Below are positions 1-13,174 of a stretch of DNA of 64,000 nucleotides, piece by piece (the stretch's first letter is position 1; each line of letters begins with the position of its first letter). This DNA is from Felis catus. Its lineage: Eukaryota. The DNA lies in the NCBI RefSeq assembly GCF_018350175.1, contig NC_058368.1:4774001-4838000 (forward strand), in the 5' to 3' direction. Under the pieces are notes generated by a model. It did not search any database. It saw only the letters and a list, made by a program, of their open reading frames with translations, and was not told where the DNA came from. Position numbers and translations under genes: made by a program.

Positions 1-587
1 TCACTATGGCCATTCCTGGCCCCGAAGCACAGTCAGACAGACCTGTGACCCGAGCGGGTTGGACATCGTGTCACAAACGCAGAGCAGCTTGCTCATTCAC
101 GTCTTCACTCCTCTCCCGAAGCAAAGCCCCCAGGGCACCCAGAACCTGGGACCGGGCTTCCGGGTAGGCACAGGGCAGAGACGAGGCTGCTGAAATTCAC
201 ACGCTAGCCTTTCCGTTCCCTGGCGTCACAAACACGGACGCGTGTTCTCCTCTTGTGCGCTGGACACTGGGCTGGGCGCTGAGGGCACAGCAACGAGCCC
301 TGGGAGAGCACCTCGGCATCCACGGAGCGGAAATTCTGGAGGGAGACACCGCATCGAGCTGCAGGTTGAGGCTGCCATTTCGGCTGAAGAGTGCGGTGCC
401 ACGGGAGTGCGGAGGAGGGTTCCAGTCGCCCCGCGTCTTGTACGGAGAACGGAGAACGGATCTAGGGTTATGTTTATTCTGCCACTACTCTGCAAGTCCA
501 AACACGAGTCTACCGGGTCACCAGATGCTTAAGCTTTGCCTGCCTGCCCCGCTCCGGAACTCCCAAAGCATCTCTCCACGGATCCTA

Positions 588-702
588 GACACGGAATCGG
601 AAGCAGGCTCCAGGCACAGAGCCCGACGCGGGGCTCGAACCCGTGAGGTCATGACCTGAGCCGAAGTCGGACGCTCAACCCACTGAGCCCCCCAGGCGCC
701 CC
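588..702 (-). mobile_element. CAN-SINE, 5' part only
   Basis: Reverse complement of the ggggcgcctggg..ctcag head; internal deletions, no tail. Confidence 0.85.
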
Positions 703-1419
703 TAGTCCTTCATCACTCCTAGGTTTCACTTGCTCTGTTTACTCGTTTGGTTAAAAAGTGACTGATTTCCTCTATTCGGCTGCTTCGGCATCCATGAAAT
801 GTTGAGGAGCTCTCCTTATCCCATCATCCCCTGCAAAGACTCGCTAAGGTGCCCGAGGGCGCTTCTCTCTGGCAACCACTGCTGGTTCCTCACACCAGTG
901 CAACCTGTTGTAAATATGCTCCCTAAATTGTCCAAACCACAGATGTTAGTGTGTGATATCTTTGTGTCTCCCTTCATTCCAAGCATCAAAATAACCCCAC
1001 TTTCCATAATAAGATATGATGCTGCCAAGGTCATTCCTCTCACACCTCGCAGTCGCTGTGTTCTGGATCCGTAGGTGCGGACAGACGAACCTCCTCCGCC
1101 AACTGAAATGAATTTCCACACAAGCCTACTTGGCTCAGTGTTAGAACATCCAAGAATATGTAGAGTTGGAAAGTAATTTTGAGACGGCTGACTTTCTTAC
1201 TTGACCGAAGAGAAATCCGAGGCCCCACGAGGTTGAGTGACTTAGCCAGAGCCGCCTGGCTAGTAAGGGTTAGTGGCACCTGAGGACAGGTGTGGGGGCC
1301 CTTGTTCTCAGGCATCCTTCCTACCACTACCACTGGCTCCCCGCTGCTCAGCACGGCGCCTGAGATATCACGCCATAAAGACACTTTAGACGGACAAACG
1401 GTGATGGCCGAAGGTGCAA

Positions 1420-1800
1420 TTAGAACCCGTTAGTTCTAATTAGTTCATTAGTGCATTAGTTCATTTATTCCCCACAACAACCCAGCGAGGTGGGTACTAT
1501 GAATGCCCTTGATATACCGAGGCACGCAGAAGTTAAGGAATCTGCCCAACGGGGGCGCGTGGGAGCTCAGTCAGTTAAGCGTCTGACTTTGGTGCAGGTC
1601 ACGGTTTTGATTTGAGTCCCGCGTCGGGCTCTCTGCCGTCAGCACCGAGTCTGTTTTGGACCCTCTGTGTACCCCCTCTCTCTACCCCTCCCCCGCTGGC
1701 TCTTGCTTTCTCTCCAAATTGCCTACCATAATAGAAAAGGTCAGAGCCAGGTTTTGAACCCAGGCCCTCGGACTGAGTCTGTGGTCTTGAAGACGATGCT
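1420..1800 (-). mobile_element. MIR interrupted by a SINE (another MIR piece at about 1200-1300)
   Basis: cacaacaaccc..gaggtgggtacta..gaggcac..gttaag..agagccaggttttgaacccagg. Confidence 0.7.
1551..1716 (+). mobile_element. Diverged CAN-SINE inside a MIR
   Basis: gggggcgcgtgggagctcagtcagttaagcgtctgact plus CT tract. Confidence 0.85.
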
Positions 1801-2211
1801 GTACCAACAATGAAGGGAAGGCTCCATCACAACACGTGTAACCCTGAAGGAGGAGGAGAGGGCTGGCGGGGGGAGAGTTTAAGAACCACGAAACCGAAAT
1901 TGACTATCATACAAATGTACAGAATTATCACGAATACATATGCTTCATACTATATACACGTAAACCACAGTCTGATACCCTTTCAGGCTGCTAGACACTG
2001 TGGGGTTGCTGATCTGAACCTCAAAGACTATGTAAAGTAAGACAGGGCACAATATTTGCTTTCTCGCCATATAGATTTTGAATTACAGCAACTGGTGTTA
2101 TGTTGTTCATAAAAGAAGATTGAATAATAAATGTAAAATGGTAATCATAATAACCGCCTTCTTAAAGAAACCTAGCTAAACCCACTTTTTTTTTTTTAAT
2201 GCCAGAGAACA

Positions 2212-2429
2212 GGAGTGCCTGGGTGGCTCCGTTGGGTAGGTGTCTGACTCTTGATTTCAGCTCAGGTCGGGATCTCACGGTTTGTGAGTTCAAGGCCCAT
2301 GTTGGGCTCTGCACTCACAGTGTGGAGCCTGCTTGGGATTCTCTCTCCCCCCTCCTCTTTGCCCCTCCCCTGCTCTCTCTCCCTGTCTCTCTCAAAACAC
2401 ATTTAAAAAATAAATAAAATAAAAAAATA
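2212..2429 (+). mobile_element. CAN-SINE
   Basis: Head, CT tract, A tail; TSD aatgcc(a/c)gagaaca. Confidence 0.93.
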
Positions 2430-2635
2430 AATGCCCGAGAACATATTCCCGCCAGAAGTTGATGCCATTATTGGGTGATTTATCAGTACTCAGATCCTCA
2501 CATTATCGTGCAGTTTCCCCCAACACTAAATTGGAACATGACGTCTGGGTGTGCTGATCTTCCTAATGCCATACGATCGACATTTCCACTTGGTGGTTAC
2601 TTCTTAGAACGCCCCCTCCTTAAAAACGTACTCGA

Positions 2636-2847
2636 GGGGCGCCTGGGTGGCGCAGTCGGTTAAGCGTCCGGCTTCAGCCGGGTCACGATCTCGCAGTCCG
2701 TGAGTTCGAGCCCCGCGTCAGGCTCTGGGCTGATGGCTCGGAGCCTGGAGCCTGTTTCCGATTCTGTGTCTCCCTCTCTCTCTGCCCCTCCCCCGTTAAT
2801 GCTCTGTCTCTCTCTGTCCCAAAAATAAATAAACGTTGGAAAAAAAA
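2636..2847 (+). mobile_element. Young SINEC_Fc-type SINE
   Basis: Near-consensus; perfect TSD aaaaacgtactcga. Confidence 0.97.
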
Positions 2848-4803
2848 AAAAACGTACTCGAACGGAGCTCATTTTGCCAAACTGGACATTGGCCTATCCA
2901 AGATGACGCAAAGAGATTTGAAGTTCTCTTGAAACTCCCCTGAATGACTTCTCTCCTTTCCTGGCTAAATGAACCAGTGGTCTACCCCACGGGGGCTGCT
3001 GTGACCAGCTGTGGTGGGGACCACGGATTTTCCCACACTGGAAATGGCGTAGGAGGGACCTGCTGTGTTGTCCTTGAAGTCATTATTCTTTGTGGGCGTC
3101 TTCACATCCTCCTCCACGTCCACCCACCTTCCGCTTCCCCTTTGCAAGGTTGCCCACAAGCACAGGGCACCGATTATCCAGAGTGACCCAGCACAGGCAA
3201 AGCTACGCAGGAGCCTCAGGCAGGTGCTGGCCACGGAGGGTAAGCCTGTGACTGCTCTGCCATTTTCAAAGATGTCTACACCTCGAGCATATAAATAATC
3301 CAGAATAAGTCTTCCTCTGTTGATTCATTTATGTTTGGAAAATCCTTGTAAATTCCTATTCCATGGCACACACAGTAATCCATTCCTGGCAGTGTTTCAG
3401 TTTCCAGTCAGGATTCAAACAGACATCGGGAAAACTCGGGGACTGTTCTGGTGTCTCTTAAAATCCTCATCTGAGTGTCAGTGGCTGAGTCACCAGCCCC
3501 TAAATCTTACAAACATGAAACCAAAGCATCGCGGCGCTCCCATCAGCAGGATTCAGGAGCTCCGAGGGACACCCCGGGTCTCTCAGAAACATCGACATCT
3601 AGTGGCCGTAGACAGAAGTGCCATCCTGAACTCACCACCCCCACTCCAGACAGGTCTAGAAGGGTGCTCAGGTTGCAAGCTAGTTCACCCTCCTAATTTC
3701 CAGGTAAGAAAGTTGAAGCCTGGGGTTAGAACGGCTCACCCATTTCACACCTCTGATCGGTGGTGTTAGTACTTAGTTCCCACAGGTCATTGCTACCTGA
3801 ATATTAATATGCAGGAAGGAACTCGGGGCAAATCACCCATGCAACGGTGAGTGGGTAAGAGGAGTTTCAGTGGTTTATGGTTCACTAGGTATCTGCATCT
3901 AAATGCGGTGATTTTCCAAATGCTATCATTCATCCTTTATCAATCACGGCACTGCTTTATGAAAGGGAAAAAGAATTTAAAATTCACATCCCAGTCTAAA
4001 TGAAAACCAGGTCAAAGCAAGCTCAGAGGAAGTACATCAGGCAGCACTCTGGTTCTGAAACTCTACGCAAACTTAACTCACACAAGCCATTTTCTGCAGT
4101 TCATAAAATGCGAGCAAACAAAATACCCTTGCTTCTTGGACACTGGATACTTTATATCTAAAATTTTTAAAAATCACAGAGGTAAATAACTTTGCGCAGT
4201 AGGTACAGATAGGTCCTATAAACCTAAAACGGGATGCCAAAGGAGACTTCTTTTCATAGACTAACAAACAGCAGGGGAGAGAGAAAATTCGAGAGTTAGG
4301 AATCAGAGCTGTTACGCAAGGTAGAGGGGAAAAAAGAAAAAAACGAAGTCAAGGTTCTTAGTCCCAAAATATCCCTGCAGGAAGCTCAGGGGAACGATTT
4401 TCCATGGAAAACAGGAGACACGTGTCATCAATGACAGGCTGGGCAGGGCGGTGAGCAATACAGGAACCTATGGCGGAAGGAGGGCAAAGCTTACGGAACA
4501 GACACTGGCCGGCCCTCCCGAAGGAAGGCTGTGGGCTCCAAGGCCAGGACCCTGAAGGTTTATACTCTTCGTATAAAATGTGTCTTTTATGGAGAAATTC
4601 CATCACATGCTACTGTGTCCAAGGAGCTCCTCAGAGCAAAATCCTTTTACGCTTCCCGTCTCCCCTTGTCATCAGGCCAGCGGACACAGAAACCGGTCTT
4701 CATCTGGAGAGTCGGGCAGAGATGCTGTCTGTAGTTGGAGGCTCCCAGTAATCTGCCTGGAACATTTATTTATTTCTCCTCTAACAGATTAAAAATAAAA
4801 GTA

Positions 4804-5006
4804 GGGGCGCCTGGGTGAATCAGTCGGTTGAGCGTCTGACTCCAGCTCAGGTCATGATCTCATGGTTCGTGGGTTCGAGCCCTGTGTTGGGCTTTGCACT
4901 GACAATGCAGAGCCTGCTTGGGATTTTCTCTCTCCCTCTCTCTCTGTCCCTCCCCCACTTTTTTCTTCCTCTCTTTCTCAAAAATAAACGTTAAAAAAAT
5001 TTTTTT
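4804..5006 (+). mobile_element. CAN-SINE
   Basis: TSD aataaaagta. Confidence 0.93.
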
Positions 5007-5041
5007 AATAAAAGTAACAACAAAACCAAGACCCAAGACAA

Positions 5042-5045
<4 letters not shown>

Positions 5046-5073
<28 letters not shown>
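5046..5073. repeat. (TG)n microsatellite
   Basis: Read directly. Confidence 0.97.
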
Positions 5074-5075
<2 letters not shown>

Positions 5076-5346
5076 TATGTATATTATATATCAAGTCTGT
5101 ATGCCCGAATGTAAACAAACCCGAATGAACCTGGTCCGTTCTGAATTTAAATTTAAGATCAATTCTTCATGACGATCAAGAAACAAACACTTTATGATCA
5201 AACTATGCCACTGAGACCCCCAGATCCTTTACAGCCAGGCTTTCCCCTCCCGTTCTTCCATGTGTAATTGCATGAGGAACAGAGACCCGAGGGGCCCTGA
5301 GGACCCAGAATGAGAGACTCCTGTGAAAACGCCAAGCCATACTTAC

Positions 5347-5472
5347 TCCCCAGCAACGAGGAAGGTTTTCGTTCCTCCACGAGAAACGACACAACTGATG
5401 ATGAGCAGGGATGGCATGAAAAAGCTGGAGACAGGCGATCTGGACACGGCAGAAGACCCACACGGGCGGCCG
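5347..5472 (-). other. Candidate 126-nt exon
   Basis: Acceptor cttcccctccacccccgcag|, donor GGA|GTAAGT, no stop in any frame. Confidence 0.2.
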
Positions 5473-5714
5473 CTGCGGGGGTGGAGGGGAAGTGACCCAT
5501 GCAGGTGACTGCTGCAGGGGTGGACTAACTGGGGGGTGAGGGGCAGCGAGGGCACCTGTGCACAGAAGGTCAAGGGAATTCCTGGGGCCCCGTGCCTCTG
5601 CTGCCTTGTCTGTCCACTGCAGCACTCCCTCCGTGCCCTTCCTTCTGGTCCTAGCCTACCCAACTATGGGCAGGCTCTTTCCCCCATGATCTTTTTTATT
5701 ATTCTTCTTCTTAT

Positions 5715-5880
5715 TATTTTAAGTTTATTTATTTTGAGAGAGACAGAGAGAAAGAGCACAAGTAGGGGAGGGGCAGAGAGAGGGGGGAGGACAGAGGATC
5801 GGAAGCAGGTTCCATGTGGACAGCAGAGAGCCCTATGTGGGGCTCGAACTCACAAACCCCAAGATCACGACCCGAGCCGA
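5715..5880 (-). mobile_element. CAN-SINE lacking its 5' head
   Basis: tttattttgagagagacagag..ggggctcgaactcac. Confidence 0.85.
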
Positions 5881-6710
5881 CACGGCCCGCTTCTCTTAGG
5901 ATTCACCTCAGAATGTTCCCTCTATGGAGTCTCTTCCTCGCTTCCCTTGTCCCAGAAGCACCTCCAAAAGGGACCATTCCCTCCCTTGGGCTCCACTGGA
6001 CCCAACCAATGGACACACAGCATTTATTCATCCGCTTCCCTCTACCGACCATCCCACTGGGGCTAACCTCCCCCCACCTTCCATGTTGCATACGTGTGTG
6101 CCCCCGATGCCTCCCCCAGAATCCCATGCCCGGCATCCTCCAAGAGCCCCTGGGCAGGAGGGGAGGGGCCTGCGAGCCTGAGGCACCACGCGGTCAGTTG
6201 CACCTGACGGAGCTGGACGGAACCCGCACAGGAAGGTCACCAGGGTATGGCTGGAATGTGACAGGCCTGGAAACCCTGAGGGAGTCCGTATGGGGTGTCT
6301 CGTGTGGTCCGTGGGGTGGGGGAGGGGGGTCGTGACAGGTGTCAGCGAGGCCACTGGACAGAGCTAGGGCGGGGGTAGGGGACTGGGCAGGAACAGGAGG
6401 ACAGAAAATATCAGGCTTCTGAGGAAGCTCTACCTCCAGCCCCAGGCGTAATGTCGTTCACCTAAAATGTCAAGACAAAGACGGGCGACTCAGATGACCA
6501 CAGGCACAATCCGTCCACAGGGATTGGAAATCACTTGCTGCCGTTCACACCCTCATGGCAGATCACAAGGACCCTGCAACAAGGCACGTGCTGTGTGGAG
6601 AGACAGGACGGCGAGCTGAGGTCTTCGAGAATCTAAGGAAGTTAGCACCGGGAGGGCTCACTTAGAGGTCACATACTCTATCCCTTCCACGTATGTTCAG
6701 GGCACCCAGA

Positions 6711-6813
6711 GAAGAGAAGAGGAGAGGAGAGGAGGGGAGGGGAGGGGAGGGGAGGGGAGGGGAGGGGAGGGGAGGGGAGGAGACGGGACGGGACGGGAAG
6801 GGAAGAGAAGAGG
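6711..6813 (+). repeat. Polypurine pentamer array, (GGAGG)n core with variants
   Basis: Read directly. Confidence 0.95.
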
Positions 6814-8229
6814 CCTCCCACAGCTTCCCACCTAACCAACGGCAGATCCGGGTCTAGAACACAGCTTAACTCACAGCACACATGCCCGTAAGAACGTGAC
6901 GGACAAAACCCTCAAGTAACACAACTTAGATGTTTTAGGACAACAGTATAAATGGGGGGGACTTCCCAGGACATCACAGCAGCACCAGTTCAGGCTTCCC
7001 CTTTGATTTCGTTTCTGAGTGTTGTGCAAACTAACACAGACGTGGGCAATACACGTGTCCGTCCATGTGTCCGTAGAACCCCGCTGTGCAGCCCGGTACT
7101 TTACAGACGGTGGTCGTCAACATCTCGAGGAGTCCTAACTTTGAAGCAGGAGGACAGAGGCGAGTTTCACGTAACATTAGAAAAACACGTCACCGTCTCA
7201 GCCAGTCTTCTGGCAGAGACACAGCACGAAAAACGATTTCACCTCGTGTGGACTATTGCCCGAGGCTGAGACCCAGCCCGGGGGCCCTTCTGTGACCGGG
7301 AGCTGCTCTGGCTGGACGCCACCACCGGCTCCCCTTCCCCCTTGGCTGGCTGTCGCCAGACTTGGGGACAGTGGCCCCTGAGCGACGGTATATGGTCTGA
7401 GCCAGCCTCAGATCCTGGGAAAAATAAGGCACATCAACTATTCTGTGTGTGTTTTGTTCTATGTATGTGTGTTGTTTGTTTGTTTGTTTGTTTGAACATT
7501 CTTTTCTTGGAACAAGGATGTTTGGTTTCCTGGGAGGACCAGTCAAGCAGGTTAATTTGGCTCTGGGAAACTGACCGGTCAGCGTTATCAGATTTCATGG
7601 AGCTAGGAGTACAGGGAAGATTGAAATCTTCTCCTACCCGCTAAGATCAACTTTCTACCTGTTTTCTAGTATCTTCTATACACAAGTAACGTTATAACAA
7701 TTTCTCACAAACCCATGGTTAATATCAGTCTATGACGTATACAGGGGGCTCAAAGAATCTGAAACCGTCCGCAAATGAAAATAATCAGACTTGTCTTTTC
7801 TTGGCTTGCAGAGGGCTGTGGTGGCCCCACGGTAAAGGTACTTTAGGCGTTTTCTTCAGAGTATTTAACACGTGGCACAAAGGCCTCCTTGGACTTTGGC
7901 TCTCCCTGCGACATCAGTTTTGAGTCTTTGGTATACAGAAGTTAGCACCATACCAGATATGTGGAGGAAATCTATACTGCCTAAATCGCACTGTGACAAT
8001 AGGACATTTTTAATACCTACTATGACCATTTACGCTGCCTTAGGAATTATTATTATCACTGGTGCTATTATTATGTTATAGTGAAGGAAACTAAGTAACC
8101 AGAGAAGTGATAGGTTTGTTTTTAGCCCCTCATCTGGTCCAGGTTAGAATTCAGACATTTCTGACCCCTAATACTGAATTCACATAGCCAAAGATTTAAT
8201 AGTCCTTGGGTCTACACATTACCCTCAAC

Positions 8230-8266
<37 letters not shown>

Positions 8267-8273
8267 CATCATC
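8230..8273. repeat. (TTA)n(TCA)n microsatellite
   Basis: Read directly. Confidence 0.95.
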
Positions 8274-8373
8274 TTGATTTCCTTTTGCTAGGTCCCTTGG
8301 GGATTTTTGGGTTATTTTTTCTTCCAGTTTCTTAAGATGAATTCTAACCTGTATGTAAAAAATTCCTTCTCTA

Positions 8374-8816
8374 GGGGTACCTGGGTGGCTCGGCTGGTTG
8401 AGCGTCTGACGTCGGCTCAGGTCATGATCTCATGGCTCACGAGTTCAAGCCCCGCATCGGGCTCACTGCTGTCAGCTCAGAGCGCGCTTCAGATCTTCTG
8501 TCCCCCTGTCTCTGTGCCCCTGCCCGGCTTGTGCTCTCTCTCTCTCAAAAACAAATAAACCTTTAAAAAAATAAAAGATGGGGCGCCTGGGTGGCGCAGT
8601 CGGTTAGGCGTCCGACTTCAGCCAGGTCACGATCTCGCGGTCCGTGAGTTCGAGCCCCGTGTCGGGCTCTGGGCTGATGGCTCGGAGCCTGGAGCCTGTT
8701 TCCGATTCTGTGTCTCCCTCTCTCTCTGCCCCTCCCCCGTTCATGCTCTGTTTCTCTCTGTCCCAAAAATAAATAAACGTTGAAAAAAAAATTTTTTTTT
8801 TTAAAAATAAAAGTTA
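8374..8816 (+). mobile_element. Nested pair: older CAN-SINE (from 8374) with a SINEC_Fc (from 8580) in its tail
   Basis: Outer TSD aaaaattccttctctag; inner TSD aaaaataaaag. Confidence 0.95.
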
Positions 8817-8905
8817 AAAAATTCCTTCTCTAGAGAAAAGGTATTAAAGACTATTTCCTCTAAATACAACAATTCCTGGACCCCACAGGCTTGGCATAAG
8901 GTCTC

Positions 8906-9017
8906 CTTTTTTTTTTTTTTTAAGTTTAAGTAGTCTCTACACCCAATATGGGGCTCAAACTCACAACCCTGAGATCGAGAGCTGCATGTTCGTCCGACTG
9001 AACCAACCAGGCGCCCC
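8906..9017 (-). mobile_element. Short CAN-SINE without CT tract
   Basis: ggggctcaaactcacaaccctgagatcgagag..ccaggcgcccc. Confidence 0.9.
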
Positions 9018-9294
9018 TAAGACCTCCTGGTTTTAAACTTGCTAGATAACTTGAAATTGATGCTAAAATCTCTACTTTCTTGAATCACTTGAAATGCCCT
9101 TCATCATCAAGTACCAAACTGAATTTTGTAAGTGTTAAAGGACCAAGAGGAAGGAAAAACTATGTGTTCTCTACTTGTAGGATGCGAATTTCGTCATGGA
9201 CAGGAGATTAAGAATGCATACAGATCCTACTTCTCCCTGGTTATTTCAAGTGTACTTGATCTGCTGAACTGTGAAATAAAAATATTTAAAATCA

Positions 9295-9485
9295 GAGGCC
9301 CCTGGGTGGCTCAGTCTGTTAAGCGTCCGGCTTTGGTTCAGGTCATAATCTCACGGTTGGTGAGTTTGAGCCCCAGGAAGAGCTCTTTGCTGTCAGGGGG
9401 AGCCCCGCTTTAGATCCCCTTTCCCCCTCGCTCTGCCCCTCCCCTGCTCGCTCTCTCGCTCAAAAACAAATAAGCATTTAAAAAA
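9295..9485 (+). mobile_element. CAN-SINE
   Basis: cctgggtggctcagtctgttaagcgtcc; TSD aaaata(t/g)ttaaaa. Confidence 0.9.
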
Positions 9486-9669
9486 ATAGTTAAAAGCATT
9501 CATTATATTTGTACTTATCAAGTCGTTTATAGCTCTAATGGCTTTTGCTTTATGTTTCGATCCACGTTACTTCTCATATCAGTATCTTATCTCAAAAATA
9601 GAAGGTATTGTTAACAAGGCAACGGAAGCATGAGTCACCTGGGAACTACAAAGGCAGAGCAGAATGAGC

Positions 9670-10345
9670 TATTACTACGCTGCCCATGTAGTGGGAGCAC
9701 CAAAATGAAACAGACGGACAATGCCAAGTGTTGATCAGGATGAAGAGGAACTGGCAGGGGATATACATCAGCACCACCACTCTGGACATCTGATGGGACT
9801 CCTTGAAGCTGGTCAGTGTTCACAGCCTCCAACCGGAAGGGCATCCCCAGGTACACATCCCACAGAGGTATCTGCAAACCTCACTACTGTAAGACTATGC
9901 TCAGGGCAGCTTCATCCGTAACGCCCTCAAACTGGAGGCCCCAAATTCCATCAACAGTAAAATTACTAAGTAAATTCTGGCATCACGTCATAGACGTCTA
10001 CTATACAGCCACAAAAGTAAACAAACGATACAGCTTCACGCAGGTCATGGAGGAACCTCGCCAACGTTGTGCTGAATGAAAGAAGCCGGACAGAGAAGAG
10101 TCAACACTAGAGAACTCCATTTGTATCAAGCTCCAAAATAATCAACACGCACCTACAGTATCGGAAGTAGAGACAGCGGAGGAATACCATCTTCGGGAAG
10201 AGCAGTGATAAGAGGGGACGGGAGGAGGGTATCTGGGGGCTGTTTCTTAATCTAAGTGCTAGTACGTGAGTGTGTCTGCTTTGTGAAAATCCCAGCAGCT
10301 GCCTGTACCCTTAAGTGCCTGTGAAGCTCTCTGTGGGATACACAA
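9670..10345 (+). mobile_element. Old L1ME-type 3' region
   Basis: gacaatgccaagtgttg..gctgaatgaaagaagccggaca..ctttgtgaaaat motifs. Confidence 0.7.
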
Positions 10346-10469
10346 ACATTTTTTGAAGGAATCTAATACAGGGCTCTACACAGGATTTATTATGAAAGCG
10401 TCACACTTTGCCTTTTTTTACAGGGTAAAATTCAAATTTCAAGGAGAAGCACTGTAGGAATTTCTTCTC

Positions 10470-10640
10470 GTGAGTCACTTTGCCAAATCGTCAGCACTGC
10501 CCGACAAGGTGGGTATTATGATATGTTCTCATTTTGCAGATTAGCAAAGGGAGGCTCTGAGAAGGATCAGTTTGTCCCCAGCACCACACACCTGCTAAGT
10601 GGCTGATCTGCTAAGATCCTCCGGGCTGTCGGATCCAGAG
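10470..10640 (-). mobile_element. MIR
   Basis: aggtgggtatta..cattttgcagat..gaggctctgaga..ctgctaagtggc. Confidence 0.65.
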
Positions 10641-11400
10641 GGCAGCCCCCTGAAACTCACGGCCTGGAGCCAGCACAGATCACGGAGCCCTGGGTGCAGA
10701 TTTCTTTTCCTTCCTTCAAGATATTTCATATGGATTGCTTGGAGATAATTCAAACTGAAATTAAACTTTAGCATTCCTCCATCTAACCTCTCGGCCTCCC
10801 TTGCACATTGGTTTTCTTTCAGTACCCTTTGTCACTTGCCGCGGTAGTGTTCATAGTGTCGTTTTGGACACTAAATGTCTTCCACTGCAAGATCTGTTCT
10901 TAAAGTATTTGTCCTGATTTAAAAAAATGTATTATATGACCCACCCAATTCCATTTAATAGTATTGCAAGTTTATTCAGGGCATTCGATGTTTTTTACTT
11001 TATAGCAAATTAAACTCAGACCAAAAAGTGTTTATTCAAAACGTATACACACACCCTGCCTATTTCCAAGAAGCTTTGGCTCATAATAAAAGGTGCATAG
11101 AAAATAAAGCTGAAATACACAACTTACAACCTCAAAAAAGGGGAAGAAGCTAATTTAGGATAATACAAAGGCCATCACTGAACATTGAAATCAAATCACT
11201 GAACTCTAAGCGTTCTGGAAAACAAGTACCTAAATCTCCTAATCTGATCGATAGAAAGAAAGAAATCAGTTATACAAAGAAGACAATGTTCCAGGTGCAG
11301 ATGTCCAAGAGGCATGCCTAGGAAACTTACACAAAAGGTTTGATAATGAGTGATACAAATCATATGTAGAAATAAAGTGACATTAAGAAGTGTCATTTTA

Positions 11401-11996
11401 GGGGCCGCCTGGGTGGCGCAGTCGGTTAAGCGTCCGACTTCAGCCAGGTCACGATCTCGCGGTCCGTGAGTTCGAGCCCCGCGTCGGGCTCTGGGCTGAT
11501 GGCTCAGAGCCTGGAGCCTATTTCCGATTCTGTGTCTCCCTCTCTCTCTGCCCCTCCCCTGTTCATGCTCTGTCTCTCTCTGTCCCAAAAATAAATAAAA
11601 ACGTTGAAAAAAAATTAAAAAAAAAAAAAAAAGAAGTGTCATTTTAGGGGCACCTGGCTAGCTCAGTCAGTGGAGCGTGAGGCTCTTAATCGCAGGGCTG
11701 TGAGTTTGAGTCCTGCATTGGGTGCACAGATTACTTAAAAATAAAATATATGTTTAAGTTTATTTATTTATTTTGACAGAGAGAGAGAGAGAGGAGAGTG
11801 TGAGCGGGCAAGGGGCAGAAAGAGAGATAGGGAGGGAGAATCCCAAACAGGGTCTGCCGTGCTGTCAGAACCAGGAGGCCAAGGCAGGGCTCGAACTCAC
11901 GAACCGTGAGATCATGCCCTGAGCCAAAATCCAGAGTTGGACGCTTAACTGACTGAGCCACCCGGATGCCTCCAAAATAAAATCTTTTTTTAAAAA
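11401..11996. mobile_element. Triple SINE nest: SINEC_Fc (+, 11401-11630), short SINE (+, from 11647), CAN-SINE (-, 11755-11972)
   Basis: agtgtcattt present three times; inner TSD aaaataaaat. Confidence 0.93.
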
Positions 11997-12117
11997 GAGT
12001 GTCATTTGAGGAGGGAAATTTTTACAAACAAAACAGCCTTGGATTTTATTTCTTGAGAACAAGTTCCAAGAAAAACAAAAAAAAACAAAAGAAAACAGAA
12101 AGAAAGAGAGATTCTGG

Positions 12118-12328
12118 GTTTTTTTTTTTTTAACTTTTATTTATTTTAGAGAGAGAGGCAGAGTGCCAGTGGGGGAGGGGCAGAGAGAGGGAGACACAGA
12201 ATCCGAAGCGGGCTCCAGGCTCCGAGCTGTTGGCACAGACCCCAACGTGGGGCTCGAACCCATGAACCGTGAGATCATGACCTGAGCCGAAGTCGGACGC
12301 TTAACCGACTGAGCCACCCAGGCGCCCC
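12118..12328 (-). mobile_element. CAN-SINE
   Basis: TSD gagatt(c/t)tgg. Confidence 0.95.
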
Positions 12329-13174
12329 GAGATTTTGGCTTGTAAAAGGCAGCAGAGACCCGCTAGGCTGGCCAGGCGGTGCCTCTGGGACAGCGGGTCA
12401 GCCCAGGATCCCCCAACAGTCACAAGGCCAGGCCTGCCCTCCACTGTCAGTGCCTTAGTTTTGCTACAAGACAAAACATAGAAATAGCAATACTCACCCT
12501 GCCTACCTCACACCAAAGCACTCTGTGCGACGTAAAATGTTCTACCAGCGTAAACCTATATTCGCCATCAAGATGGAGGGAAAAACAACCACGTTTTCAA
12601 GGTTGAGAAATTTGTCATTCTCATAACCTTTGTCTTGAGGGTGATTTCATCTGTTCCACTTACTGTCCTTTCCATTTTTGTCAGGAAGGGCATTTATTAG
12701 AAGATCTCAATGTGTGATGAATCAGCACAGAATTACAAAAATGTGACCTTTCGCTACGAGTTGTTCTTGCCCAGTGTTCTGTCCTTTCCCTCTGGCAGAA
12801 GTCTATAAACAAAAAAATTCCCCCACTTAAAGTTACAAGAGACATAATTCGCAGAGGGCTTTATCCTGCAGGGAAGCGTGCTCTTTTTCTCCAAGCTAAC
12901 AGCCATGGATTCCAGTCTGGAAATTGCCAGTGAACCCGACGCTCTTGTGCGCACACATGTGTAGTGTGAACTCAGGTAAACCTGTGTTCATGTAGATGGA
13001 TGTATTTTTGTAGCCACTGCACAACCAAGGCATCCCAGAATCTGGGAGCTGGAATGTTCTTTTCTCCCTGAGTAGAGAAGTGATGGCCCAAATCTCTCAA
13101 ACTTCAAGGGCCCCTCCTCCTGAAATGGGAGAAGTTGTCGTAGTGTTTGATTTCTTAAAAAAAAAAAAAAAAAA

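Noticed and set aside
2636..2720. tRNA-like A and B boxes as tRNA genes
   Set aside because: They are SINE heads followed by a CT tract, A tail and TSD; no standalone tRNA was seen.
8563..8766. Recurrent ORF family MGQRETEHERGRGRERGRHRIGNRLQ... (also near 11196, 43546, 45555, 55582) and MAQSVKRPTSAQV... ORFs
   Set aside because: These are translations of CAN-SINE copies, not a gene family.
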